Source: Marsupella aquatica
Taxonomy: Eukaryota > Plantae > Marchantiophyta
Direction of reading: 5' to 3'
NCBI GenBank assembly: GCA_973895155.1
Contig: OZ316893.1
Location: 21,560,955-21,624,954, forward strand
DNA length: 64,000 nucleotides
Below the pieces are notes generated by a model. The model saw only the letters and a program-made list of their open reading frames with translations, was not told where the DNA came from and did no database searches. Each line of letters starts with the position of its first letter. The first letter of the stretch is position 1. Position numbers and translations under genes: made by a program. Below, in pieces: positions 1 to 11,938 of this stretch.

Positions 1-35
1 GCAATGATCCAGCCTCGGCGAAGACGGATTTACAT

Positions 36-3000
36 TTGTCATCATCAAGTCCAAACTCTGCAAGTGAACTTGGCTCTCAACAACTGAGAAAATTGAGGCC
101 TCGCGTTCCTCTGAAGTCAAAGAAGTCTCTTCCGATTTCAAGCAAGTCTAATAAGATGCAGCGAGACGCAGACAAGGAAAATCTTGCTAAAGAGAAAGTT
201 ATCGATAAGCCACCGCCACTCTACATGAATCTTTTGGTGAACAACTTTAAAGAGGGTGATGATACTCAAATGCAGCGTCCTACTAATGAAAAGAAACTTG
301 ACGGCGGCCTCAATGACAGCTGGGATCCCGTGGTCGAGGACCTTCTTTCTGATGATTCAGATTGCAATATAGTTCCTGAGAGGAAATCTCTGCCGCAGAA
401 GTTGTGGCAAGAGTTTGATGAACCAGCACCTGCAGTAAGTCTTCTGCCCAATACTCAATTGCCATTAGAGAATCTTGACAATATTTTCTCTGTGTACCCG
501 ACCATTTCTGTATCCACTTTTCTCGTCCTTGGAATTCTTCCTCCCGGCTACTGCCAAGTCCATCTGGGACCATCTTGCCTTATTGCCTTGCCCATGTGGT
601 AGATGGAGAAGAAAACATACAAAGTATGTCTACTGTGAAACTCAATGGAAAGGTGTTAAGTATGAGTTCATCTCGATGGTAAGAAACGGTCCTAAATATA
701 ATTTAGCAAAAGTTGGAGAGTGATATGAGGCTGACTCACATTGGTCGACGAACCTTCCAGGTACTCTTAGAGCGGCTATTTACTGGTGGCTATCTGAAAG
801 GACTCATGACAAGCTCAAATCTGGATAGTGGTAGAACATGTGGAAGACATTCCCAAATTTGTGTCTGTTGTAGTTGTATGTAAGGATGCTCCAAACTGCC
901 TGAACGTTGCAGTTTGCCAAAGGGTCTTGAACAGTTTTCCTTGATGATAAGATAGGATCAACTGGATCAAACAGCACATGCCAATCTGCGCTCTGTGGAT
1001 TGACTTTTTGCCCATCTCTTTCGCAGTCTTCAGTTTTGCTTTTTGTGTAGGTTAGCACGGAGCAAGCCTTGCCGCTAACTTCACAAGAAGCTGGGCAACC
1101 TGAAGTGTTAGAATGCGATGGCGACATTGAGGGAATCAGATGTGAACACAAGAATCAATTATTCAAAGATGATGTCGGACAAGTTTGTATGAATTGTGGG
1201 ATTATCACAGATCGTATTGAGGATGTGGTTCCTCAAGTGGTAAGCGTTCACTGCTTGTCTTTTCCTTTCAATTCAGTGACTGAAGAACTCGACATTTAGA
1301 ACCATGAGTTTTTTTTATAACGTCCTAATGTCTCTATTTATTGGGTGGTTGTCATAGTCCTTGTTAGCGAAGCTGAATTTCTTTACAGGAATATCAGGGT
1401 CTCTATTGAGGTTGACTTGGATTGCACAGGAACTTCCTAAGCGCCGCCTTCGAGAGGCAGATCAGGATGAGTGGGATTTTGATAGATATTCTCCAGACGG
1501 AAACGAGGGAGCAGTAGGGTACGACCAGATCAAGAATGAGGAGGTTGTACCCATGCTGAATACATCTCTACCACCTCATTATGCCAAGCAAATGCATCCT
1601 CACCAAAAGGATGGTTTTGAGTTTCTCTGGAGGAACCTTGGCTTTGATGCACAAGGAAATTTGAGAACCAAGAGGGCAGATAGGAACGCAGGCTGCATCT
1701 TGTCCCATGCTCCCGGTACTGGCAAGTCCTTCCTGATTATTTCATTTTTAAAAAGCTACATGGATAGATTTCCTACTTGCCGGCCACTAATTGTGGCTCC
1801 CAAGATTATGCTTCTGCGCTGGCAGAAAGAGTTTGCAAGATGGAAATCAGACATCAAGGTTTTCATACTGAACACAGCACTCACTTCTGGGAAGAGGCTT
1901 CTGCAGAAGCATGAAGAAACTGGGGTTGTTAGTCTCAAAAGTCATCAAATGAATTCCAGATCACAACTTAATACCCTCAGGTCGGCTATTCTCTATGAAT
2001 GGAGGAGTCAGAGGAGTGTTTGTCTAGTGAGCTACAACCTGTTTTCAGCTCTGACCGATGAAGAGCGGTCTAATAGAACTCAAGAAGGAAAGGCAGTACG
2101 AAATTGTCTTTTGGATTCTCCCGGGATTCTAATACTTGACGAGGGCCATTTTCCGAGGAACAGAGACACAAGAATCCGAAACGCACTCATGAAAGTGAAG
2201 ACCAATGCCCGAATTCTTCTGTCTGGAACATTGTTCCAAAACAATTTTGAGGAATTATTCAATTCTCTCTACTTGGTTAGAGGCGGATTCGTTCACGTTT
2301 GTTTATCTGCTCTGTCGAGAAAGGAATCTGAAGAAGAACTAGCCGATGATCATCCTGTCATGAAAGAAGTCACTGAAGCTGATGAAAGAAAGGCGCGGAA
2401 ACATTTTGTGGAGGAAATCGGGATGAAGATAGAAGAAGGGCAGCGTAGGTGTAAAGGGTCTGAGGTGCTACGAAATGAGGCAAACACTGCGCTACAGATG
2501 TTACGGAGATTGACTGCGAAATTTGTTCACCACCACCCTGGAGAAGTCCTGGCGTGCCTTCCTGGATTGCGTGATTTTGGTATCCTTTTGAAACCCACTC
2601 CTTTGCAGTGCTGTTTGCTGGGGGTGGTGGAGAAAGGGTTTCAAAGACCAGAGGAGTACTTGAAAAGAGAAATTGCAGTGTCAGAATCCAGCATACACCC
2701 CAAACTGGTGACAAAACTGGAATTTTATAATCGTGATATTATCACTTTGCTTGAAGCTGGGCCTCGATCTGAGCTGGACGCCATGTTGAAGGAGCCTAGT
2801 CATCCACAAGATGGGATCAAAACAAAGTTCGTATTTGACTTGCTCTGTTCAATCAGATCTAAGAGCGAGAAGGTTCTCATCTTTAGCCAACACATGGCCC
2901 CTCTAGAAATGTTGGAAGACATGTTCAAACAAACCTTCAATTGGGATAAGAATAAGGATGTTCTAAGGCTAGATGGCAAAATGCATTTAAATGACCGTGA

Positions 3001-4256
3001 AGCTGTTATTGAACGCTTCAATGACCCTTCCAGTCACGTCCAAGTTCTTCTTGCTTCCACAAAAGCTTGTGGGGAAGGAATAAATCTTGTAGGAGCTTCA
3101 AGGGTCGTTTTCTTGGATGTGTTATGGAATCCTGCGGTCATCAAGCAGGCTATCAGTCGAGCTTTTCGACTGGGCCAAAAGAAGATCGTGTATGTGTACA
3201 GGTATGTCCCATCTTCTCTTTGTGCCCGTGTCTTTGAGTTCTGGATTGCCATTCACCATTATGAAGTTACTTCGGCACTCGATCCTCTGTTAGCATGTCT
3301 TTTATGGATATTGCCCAGCAAGGACCCTATGAAAGTCAAGGAAGCAGGTGGTGAACAGTTTGAATCTGCCTCATTCTTCCTTTCTCTACGGGTTATAAGG
3401 CGAAGTTGGCAGGAAACTCCTTTCAATCGTGAGATGGTGGTTACATCACTAAGCAATTTTGTCACCAATTTAGTGAAATGAAGTTCTGTTGAGCGAGTTG
3501 ATTACTTCCCGGATCGTGCTGCTGTTTAGTTGAGCCTCCTCCCGTTCAGGTGTTTTGCAGTTCTGGAAGTACCATCTTACCCTATTCTGGACTTGGCTCT
3601 CCAGGGACTCCTCCACGTTGCTACCAAATTTTGGGTTTTGCACCAATGATTGGTAAATGCCTAGAATGAGTCCCTACATGTGTGCTATACTAACCACATG
3701 CTGCCCAACCAATGTGAACAGGTTGGTTGCAACAGGAACCATTGAGGAGAAAAAGTACAAGAAAGCTATTCAGAAAGACTGGTTGTCAACGTCAATATTC
3801 GGCCCAACGGCTGGAGAAGCTGATGGAGAAACGGACGTACAAACGGACGATGTTGTGGTGGATCCAGCTGAGAGTATCAGCTCCAAAAATCAGACCCATG
3901 GTGAACAAGTCGTTGCCTGGGAGGTAGATGCAAGTACCTGCGAGGATGATCTGTTGGGAAGACTTCTGACGAAGGACAAAAGTGACGGGAATTCCTTTAT
4001 AAAGGTGGTGGAACATGGCTCTCAATTCAATAATAGAAAGACTGCAAGTGGCCCAGATGCCAGGGAATGGTTTTGTGAGGACGGGGACTACAAGGACCTT
4101 TCTCAAACCAAAGGTTCAAGTGAAGGTGAAGGGCCTGGGGTGGAGATCTCCAACCCTGAAGTGCTGGCTACCAAGTTGTATCAAGATTATGGAGAAATTG
4201 GAGCATTTGATGCAGGTCCTGCCAGCAGCAGTGATACGGATGAGGAAATTCTGTAG
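36..4256 (+). CDS. CLSY: SNF2-family chromatin remodeller, CLASSY/DRD1 subfamily (RdDM pathway), 5'-partial; exons <36-434, 1051-1239, 1430-3201, 3722-4256
   Basis: Motifs HAPGTGKSFLIISFL (Walker A), LILDEGHFPRN, LSGTLFQNNFEE, KVLIFSQ, ASTKACGEGINLVGASRVVFLDVLWNPAV, QAISRAFRLGQ, plus the family Cys/His motif CEH...DDVGQVCMNCG. GT-AG junctions at 435/1050, 1240/1429 and 3202/3721 keep the frame (VYVYR|LVATGT). LFQNNF resembles CLSY more than DRD1. The start codon is probably upstream of the window. Confidence 0.9.
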
Positions 4257-5352
4257 ACTCTAGTGTGACATTGATACGGCTGTCACCGTGAGCCCAAAAC
4301 TGTTCCATTGTACGGTGGATGACTAGCTGTCCTGAATCTTGGCAGTTCTTACTGGGAGCTTGTGTTCTGTCACGTCACATTCACTGGGGCTGCCCAAGAC
4401 TTTGCCTCCACTCTTGCAATGACAGGGTCCTCAATTTTCACTCGACTTTTAAAACAACTGTTGATTTCTCAGTTTCTCCATCGGATGTCTAGTCTAGATT
4501 TCAGTGACCCACGCCTAATTTCTTTTGTACAGCAAGTGAGAGAGCCCTGGACACATGACCTGCTTCTAGAGTAATGGCAAATACTATGGCTGGATTTCCT
4601 GATCCTCTGTTTTCTTTCTCGAATGGGTGCATACCTTAAATGGGATTGGAGAAGTCCACATTCTCTGCTGTAATGGACAGTTAGTGATATTTGCATTGAC
4701 TTTTTGTCAGTTTAATTTAGTAGTCTGAACGACTGGAATGGAACTTACTGTCTCGTATAGTAAGAGCATGAATGGAATGGAACGTAATGTCTCTTAAGTA
4801 GTCGTTGTGGCCGATAGTTGCTGTAATCTTTGCAGCATAAGATGTGTAGCGCTGTGGGAATGACTTCTTGCTCACCGTTAACGGTGAGAGCTTTTGCTTC
4901 CCGCCTTCGTGGAATTTTAAAGCAGTACGGTAAGCAGTTGAATAAATTTGCAAGCCCGATTCTAAAAAAGTTTATAACCTGAGCCCAGTTACAGTAATTG
5001 TAGAGTTTTCATGCATTCGTGCTAGGTTTGCATTCGGTTTGATAGTTTTAAACCTAATGTGTTGGATGGAGTTACTAGATTTTGATTGTAAAGGTGTCTG
5101 ACCAGTTGCTCGTTCAGTTTTGAACTTGAGACGATCGATCGCCATCATGCAAAACTAGTAATAATAAAGTACCCATTTGTCTTGGTTACGAAAGGATGAC
5201 TGGCTACATCTCATGAAATTATGTCAACTACGTCTTGCAGAACCTTCAACTGTTTTTCTTTTTAATTCTTGTTTTTAGACTTCTCCTTTATCACACATTG
5301 GAGAATTTAAGCAAATCGTTGATGCGAAGATTACTCTAAAAATCTGTTGGTG

Positions 5353-6859
5353 ATGGATGAGCCTCCTCCTCTTGAAGATTGCTCCGGATTTTTGAAGAAG
5401 CTTTACGCCCACAGACATCTTGCTGGTTTGTCCATCTCTTAACTGGTTCGAACCTGCTTTGCATTTCGCTAGTAGACTTCTCTCAGAACCTTGGCATTCG
5501 TTAATGTACGATTATAATTGTACTCCACTACGATCTTTGAGAAGGGAAGTCTCACATTGGTACATGCACTTTTCATGTAGGCTGACTACATGCAACGACA
5601 AGGTCATGTGTAATTGTGTATGTATGCAGTACATGGGTCTCTGCTGTTCGAATTTTGAGCAAGTTAATAGTACATATCGTGTTCTTCATCTAACAGAAGA
5701 TTACACGTTTGTTTTGGTTTAAGCAGATCGTACAGCTCAGATAAGTCACGGGGCATCTACCACCATAACTAAGAGTGAAGATAAAACTTCGCTAGTCGAC
5801 ATTGAAGGAGACACAAGTTGTGTTGCTTCCATAATATCACCTCCAACTTCAAAAATTTCTAAGTCTGCATCAAAACCCAAACCGTTGCGAAGAGGATTTT
5901 TCTCTGATGTAAATGACAAACCTTCGGCGCCCAAGAAGAAAGAAGTCCCCTTTATAACAGCAAAACGGACTGGAAGCAAGGTTCCTGGCAAGTGTCAAGG
6001 CCTTCCTTGCTATTTGATAAATGTCGTACTGGATAATCCTTTGATTGTGATTTCTCTTCAACTTGGACTCTCTCATGACCAGGAGAAAAACTCTCGAAGA
6101 TATACATCCATATTCATTTTGTGAGTGCATATCTTACTTAGTGTAAGTCCATCAAGATGTTTCATAGACGCAACGATAGTTTTTCCGTAAGATTAAGACA
6201 GTTTCCATAAGAGAGGAGAAATCATAATGTGAAGAAATTTCTGAGGGACATATGTCGTTGAAAGTTTCAAAACTTTTCACACGAATTGACAGTAGCTAGC
6301 TTGTCGAGTGGGTGCGTGACTTTTTCTCAAGGTAAGCTTTCTGATGGAATTATAATTTTTTGTAGAGTTCTTGCACGTAAAGATGGACGATCATCCTCAG
6401 GAGAAACTAAAAAAAGAAATGAAAGGTCAGTTGCGTTCATCCAGTGCTTGCTCATTTCTTTCAATCATTAGGATGATGCTTATTTATTTGGTGAACATTC
6501 CGCGGCTACTTTCCATTGATGATTCATGCTTTAACCCTTATTCCGTCTACTCCACATAGAGCATACGCATGGGCTATATACTAGTAGTTTATTTATTGGC
6601 CTCATACAAGATAACTGATATCACCGCAAATGTGACTCACACAGATTTGCTGAAACCAACGGAAGAGCTTGTGGATGCGGTTATGAAGAATAGTGAAGTC
6701 AAAGCTGGCCTTGAGGACCCAGAAATCATGTTAGCCGTTCAAGACATTGCCTCAAATCCAGATCACATTAACAAGTATAGAAATAATCCAAAGGTTGCTG
6801 CGTTCTATCATCGTATGGGTAAGTTGATGAGTACTCAAATTGAGAAGAAGCTTGGATGA
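5353..6859 (+). CDS. Small protein with a C-terminal STI1/HOP-like DP domain; exons 5353-5425, 5727-5987, 6366-6425, 6645-6859
   Basis: Starts MDEPPPLEDCSGFLKKLY. The last exon reads LLKPTEELVDAVMKNSEVKAGLEDPEIMLAVQDIASNPDHINKYRNNPKV (STI1-like DP/NP pattern). All junction phases agree if intron 2 uses a GC donor (G|GCAAGT at 5988). Confidence 0.75.
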
Positions 6860-8407
6860 ATTCCTGAAGGTTGACGAAGATACGGCCACCAAACATATAC
6901 TTTAACTCATTATTATTCGGGATCATTCTCTCAACAAAAGTATGGAGATCGTTATTTTGCAGCTCACAACGATTTAGGGTTTGTCTACTTGTGGACTTCT
7001 TGCTTGTATGACAAGAAAGTCCATAAAATAGTTTCCAGGACTACAAGTAAAAGAAATTTGGAGGATATGTATCCCCGTGTAACGAGATGTGACTCTTTTT
7101 TGTACCGCAATGATAACTAAATGTGAAAATCTGATATTTGAAAGAAGGCATTTTGAACAACTCTGGCAAAACAATGTTTTGACTGGTTAGTAATACGGCT
7201 TTCACCCTTTGGCGTCTAGGTAGTTCGAACAATCTTGAATGCCAAAGAATTGAGAAATCTCCAAAATCTGACAACTTAACGTGGATGATAGATTCGAAAC
7301 CCATCTAAGAAATTCGTTCCTTGGATAATGACTATGACAAAAATTTCAATAGCAAGAGAACTTATTCGATTCCTACGTAATTCCCAACTTTATTGCTGCT
7401 GCAAGATTAGATAGTACAGAATCTTGGGTGTAAAGAGAACTTCCCAAAGGACATGATTGTGTGAGAAACGTGTAGCTCAGATTATGTCCGTGTGCAAATT
7501 TTTCTCTCAACGTTGTACCCGACTCGAGTAGAGGAATCACAATGATAGGTTATAAACAGTTCCCCATTCCTGGAAGCAGGTACCGCGAAAGCAATACATC
7601 AATTGCAATTCTTGCCTTGGGATAAAAAAAATTCGATGAACTATCCGCAATCACTCAATAGATTATCCGATCAATCAACGATTACAAAAATCAGCTTCAA
7701 TTCTTTACGGCGATTTCGAAAGTTGTGAGAACATTTGCACTGCAATGTGCCATCCTGACAAGCACAAGCGTTTGTTTCACTGACTATGCAACCCAGTTTT
7801 CGGTGAAAATTTGTAGCGACTTGAACATCTAAACCCTGTACATGGCTACCCTCCATCGAGCCGTGCATCATGCAAGTCTTGGCATGCGTTGGAGCGAAGT
7901 GATAAAGGTCGATTCGAGTACACGCTGACTCGGCGGATTAGTAGAGCTTCACTGCAGCTCCAAAGACAGAGGGCTTGACTCAATAACAAGATTTAGTGGC
8001 TTATGCCCTCTGTAAATTTCCATGATCTCGATTTAGCGTTGACAAGGGTCCAAAACCCGAAACAAACATTGAAGTCTTCTTCATGGTGACGCAACTACTA
8101 CGGGCTTCCAGCCAACCTGTACAACTAGAATGGATAGGAAGGAGACATACCATTGCGCCTTTGGCACCTGATAAGATACCCCCTTTCTATGACTGGAATG
8201 TCATAGCACCTCATTAAATGAGGCAAAAACAAATACTACTCATTGATTGGAAAGAACGATTGTTCCAATAAAGCAGAACTGCAAGTGCCTGTCATTTTTT
8301 CAGAATTCTACAATTGCTCATCAGGAACTAAACCAGGCATTGCTTTTCACATAAAGTCCTCAACCAGGAGAGACCAGTTTGAGTTTTTGCGGCACTACTA
8401 TAGATTC

Positions 8408-9699
8408 TCATAATTTCTTCCACGACTGATCGTCTTCTTTCAGATACTTCCAGACCCGCTTGTTTACTCCCCCGATCTTCTCCTCGGTACCCGTTTTCGG
8501 TGCACCTGTACGATGTCACAGATTGGCTCAATAACCTCTTCAGTGTGGAGCAGAATAAAAGAAAGTACAGTATCTAGCTAAGCAACTTAAGCATTTGATG
8601 AGAAGAGGACATTCACCCAGCAAAACTCCCAGCATATTAACCCTGTCAGAGAGATCAAACATTTGCAATAAGACACCTCCACTCCTCTCGATGTTGCCGA
8701 AGGAGGGCTTGTCAAGGCATAGTCCAAGCTGACCATTGTTTCCAAACACAGGGAAGATTACATCTCCAAGTAATTCAGAGACAGACGAACCACTGCAAAG
8801 ATGGAAAAGATGTAGTGCAGATCACTTGCCTGAATCATGGAACACTCCCCAGGCAGTGCCATGTCTAGCATCCTGCAATAACACCACCCTGTAATTGTTA
8901 AGCCTAGACAACATGGCCAAGACCGAAGAATTTGACAAATAAAGGCCAAAAAATGTATGAAAGCAATTCAGGGCTAGTACTAGAGAACCTTCAGATCAAC
9001 AATTGCTGCACAAGAAAGGCGGAATAGTCGACTTTAAAGAAAACCAACACTGGCGATGTTTAAATCTTCTATTGCCAAATGCAGTGATTATGCACAAGAT
9101 GGTTAAAGATGAGCAAGCATAGTTATTAAATGTCTACTTGGAAAAAGACATCGAGAAAAATCGTCAACCATGAGATTCGGCTTCGAACTAACAATTCAAA
9201 AGAAAATCCTTTGAAGTAGCACTGGAGCAACTTTATCCGAGAAATATGTCCACCAATCTCGAGCACGATTCCCGTAAAATCAACACAAAGACAGCGAAAG
9301 CCCCAGACTTCGACTGAATGCCCTACACAGCCCCAGAAAAGGCAAGGGTTCCTAAACCCTACACACGTCTGGTATAAACTCCGAGTTCAAGCTCGGACGA
9401 GTGAAAGCCTGCAATTCAGAAGGGGAGAGATCGATCGACAAACGAACCTTGCCGAGCTGAAGGCGAGTGAGTTGGTAGAAGGTGCCCTGCTGCCAGTGGC
9501 CCTTGGCGAGCTTCGCGCCCACACCCCAATTGGGCAGGAATTGCGCCACCTCCACCAGGTTCTTCTTTCTCCTCCGATTGCCGCTGCCCGGCGCTTTTGC
9601 GACTACTGCTGCTGCTGCTGCTCCTCCTGTCGACGATTCTGTAGCTGACGCAAATGCGCGACGCAGGATCAGCAGTGGTCCGGAAGCCCTTGCCGCCAT
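8408..9699 (-). CDS. Mitochondrial small-subunit ribosomal protein S34 (mS34)-like; exons 9699-9448, 8872-8830, 8505-8408
   Basis: Presequence-like N-terminus, then KKNLVEVAQFLPNWGVGAKLAKGHW...YQLTRL|DARHGTAWGVFHDS|GAPKTGTEEKIGGVNKRVWKYL, typical of plant mS34 homologues. Intron 2 is GC-AG (GCAAGT at 8829). Confidence 0.8.
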
Positions 9700-11094
9700 G
9701 GCATCGATCTCCCACAGACAGACAGTCTTTCAACATTCAAACTCCATCTCCAGAACGATTTCCGAAGGGCCTCGACGCTCCTAAACCCTTACTTCTCGCC
9801 CTCACGCTTTACAGTAGCACGCTGTCATTGAGGGGTGTCAAAGCGATAATAGTGTAAGGGTTGTAAAGGCTTGAAATTAGGGAACCCGGACTAGTGCTTC
9901 CTTTTTGTGCTAATTTTGTCACATTTTGCTAAGGGATGGTGACTGGTACAAGGAGGTTTGAAAAAGTTTTAGTGAATTTTTTCTTGTTCTTAAAATTTTG
10001 CCAAGGTGGTTACTACTTTACTCTACACAGGCACAGGTGTGGATATGGAATACTATACTTCCCCGGTTTGAGTTGACGGGCAAGTTTATGTGTTGCCCAA
10101 CAAGTAAAGTCGTCACATTACGGCTCCAAAAGGGGCCAAATGACGCATATTCCTCTTATTCCCCGGCCGGTCCCAAATTCTCCTGCTCCCCCGGACTCCC
10201 CCGGTTTAGCAAGCCGGTCCCCCAGTTCAGGGTCGGGGTTGGGACGGGACAACCGGGTGTCCAGAGTGGCGGGTGACGGGGTCCAGACCCCTGATTTGCC
10301 CATGAAGGCCAAACCAGGTATCCTTCTGTCAATTTTACAGTACTTCATGGCTATTCCTCCCCCATAGTACATTCAGTGGTGGCAAATGGAACATATATTT
10401 TAAATTCTAGCTTGAGTATCATTTGCCTGCCACTTTTTAAGGTGAATGATTGGCAGATTCTTACCCACTCAAAATGGCTGGGAGCACTTTATTAGAATAA
10501 GAACACACTGTTCCTGCTTCTACTCAACTTGAGACAACAGAGTGTACCAAAAGACCCCCCTGGGAGTTCTATATGGGAATGAGATTTGCATTCAATTCCA
10601 CCATATTCATATTTGATTAGAACTCGTCGTTGTGCCTAAGCTTTCAATTACAACATCTAGTTGTGCCTACATAAACACTCTCCTGAGTATAACGTGCCTG
10701 GGCACTATCTTTGCAGCAGGCACTCTGTTCGAGTAGAAACCACTTTTCTCTTGGAAGGCCATTTTTCCGGTTTTCCAATAGAATGCCAAGACAATGAGAG
10801 ACCTTATTCTCAACCCAACACATAGGCAGTCTATTTAATACAACTCAAGGTGGATATGCTATTTGAATACAGCACAACAAGAATTTTTGATGCAACATGG
10901 GGCAGACATGCCATTTGAATAGCCTACCCCCAAGCCAATGTTGAGTTTGGGTATGAGCTTTGCAAGCAAGGGGTTCTGAAAAGCAAGGTATTAAGCTTAG
11001 TTTTTGAGTATATCCAAATATAACATTGGGAGGGGTTGTATTTGAGCATGGGGTTAAGGATGTCTACAAGCAGTAGTGTAAGGAATCTGGTCAT

Positions 11095-11520
11095 AGAATT
11101 GCTCATTTGTTCCAATTTGTTTTATTGTCTTCTTCTTTCCACATAGCTCATTCCAGATCTTGTTATTGTCTTCCTTCAACTTAGCTTATTTCAATTTGTT
11201 ATTTTCTTCTTTCGATTTGGGTCATCCCAAATCTTGTTATTGCCTTCCTTGGAAAGCTTATTCTAAGATTTTATTGTCTTCTTTCGCCATAGCCTTCCCA
11301 GATCTTGCTATTGTCTTCCCACAACATAGCTTATTCCAGTTTCTTCTCGTCTTCTTTCAACATGGCTCATTCCAGATCTTGCTATTGTCTTCCTTCACCA
11401 TAGCTTATTTGAGTTTGTTAATGTCTTCTTTCCATGGCACATTTCAGATCTTGCTATTGTCTTCAATAAAACTTATTCCAGTTGTTTTTGGCTTCTTTCA
11501 GCGTAGCTCATTCCAGTTAT
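11095..11520. repeat. Degenerate minisatellite, ~36-38-bp unit (CATAGCTYATTCCAGATCTTGCTATTGTCTTCYTTCAA), ~11 copies
   Basis: Recurring CCAGATCTTG(C/T)TATTGTCTTC and AGCTTATT/GCTCATTCC blocks, alternating as a ~74-bp dimer. Confidence 0.75.
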
Positions 11521-11938
11521 AAGATTTTGTTAGCCCACAAATGGAATCAGCCACACAATTCCAGACAATCTAGCATGACAGGCTTCCACGAAATCATTTT
11601 CAGACAGGCTTTAGGCACCAAAAGGGAGAAGACAACGAAAAAATCATCCAGCCACAATCATCTCAGCCATTTGGGGAGGGATCAGGTTCCTTGGACAATA
11701 TCGGGACTAGCAAGACAAGCCACATACCGAGTTAAAGTGGGCAGAAATGTCCGCTCCATAAAAAGGTACCACCTGGGTAACTTCCAAGAATTCTCAATTT
11801 GCCACTATTACAATGAAATGAGGGCTTGGACGATCTGGCATTGATCCTGCCATCCCCTGTTATTTACTGTGGCCTATCTAGTGATGGCCCCACACTACCA
11901 TGAAGGGGCAAATACGAATTCTAGTGTCAATTGCAACT

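Noticed and set aside
3202-3481. C-terminal extension of the 706-aa SNF2 ORF
   Set aside because: Read-through into an intron. The true frame splices 3201 to 3722 (VYR|LVA).
10130-10300. GC-rich patch with partial self-complementarity, possible MITE end
   Set aside because: No partner TIR or TSD was found.
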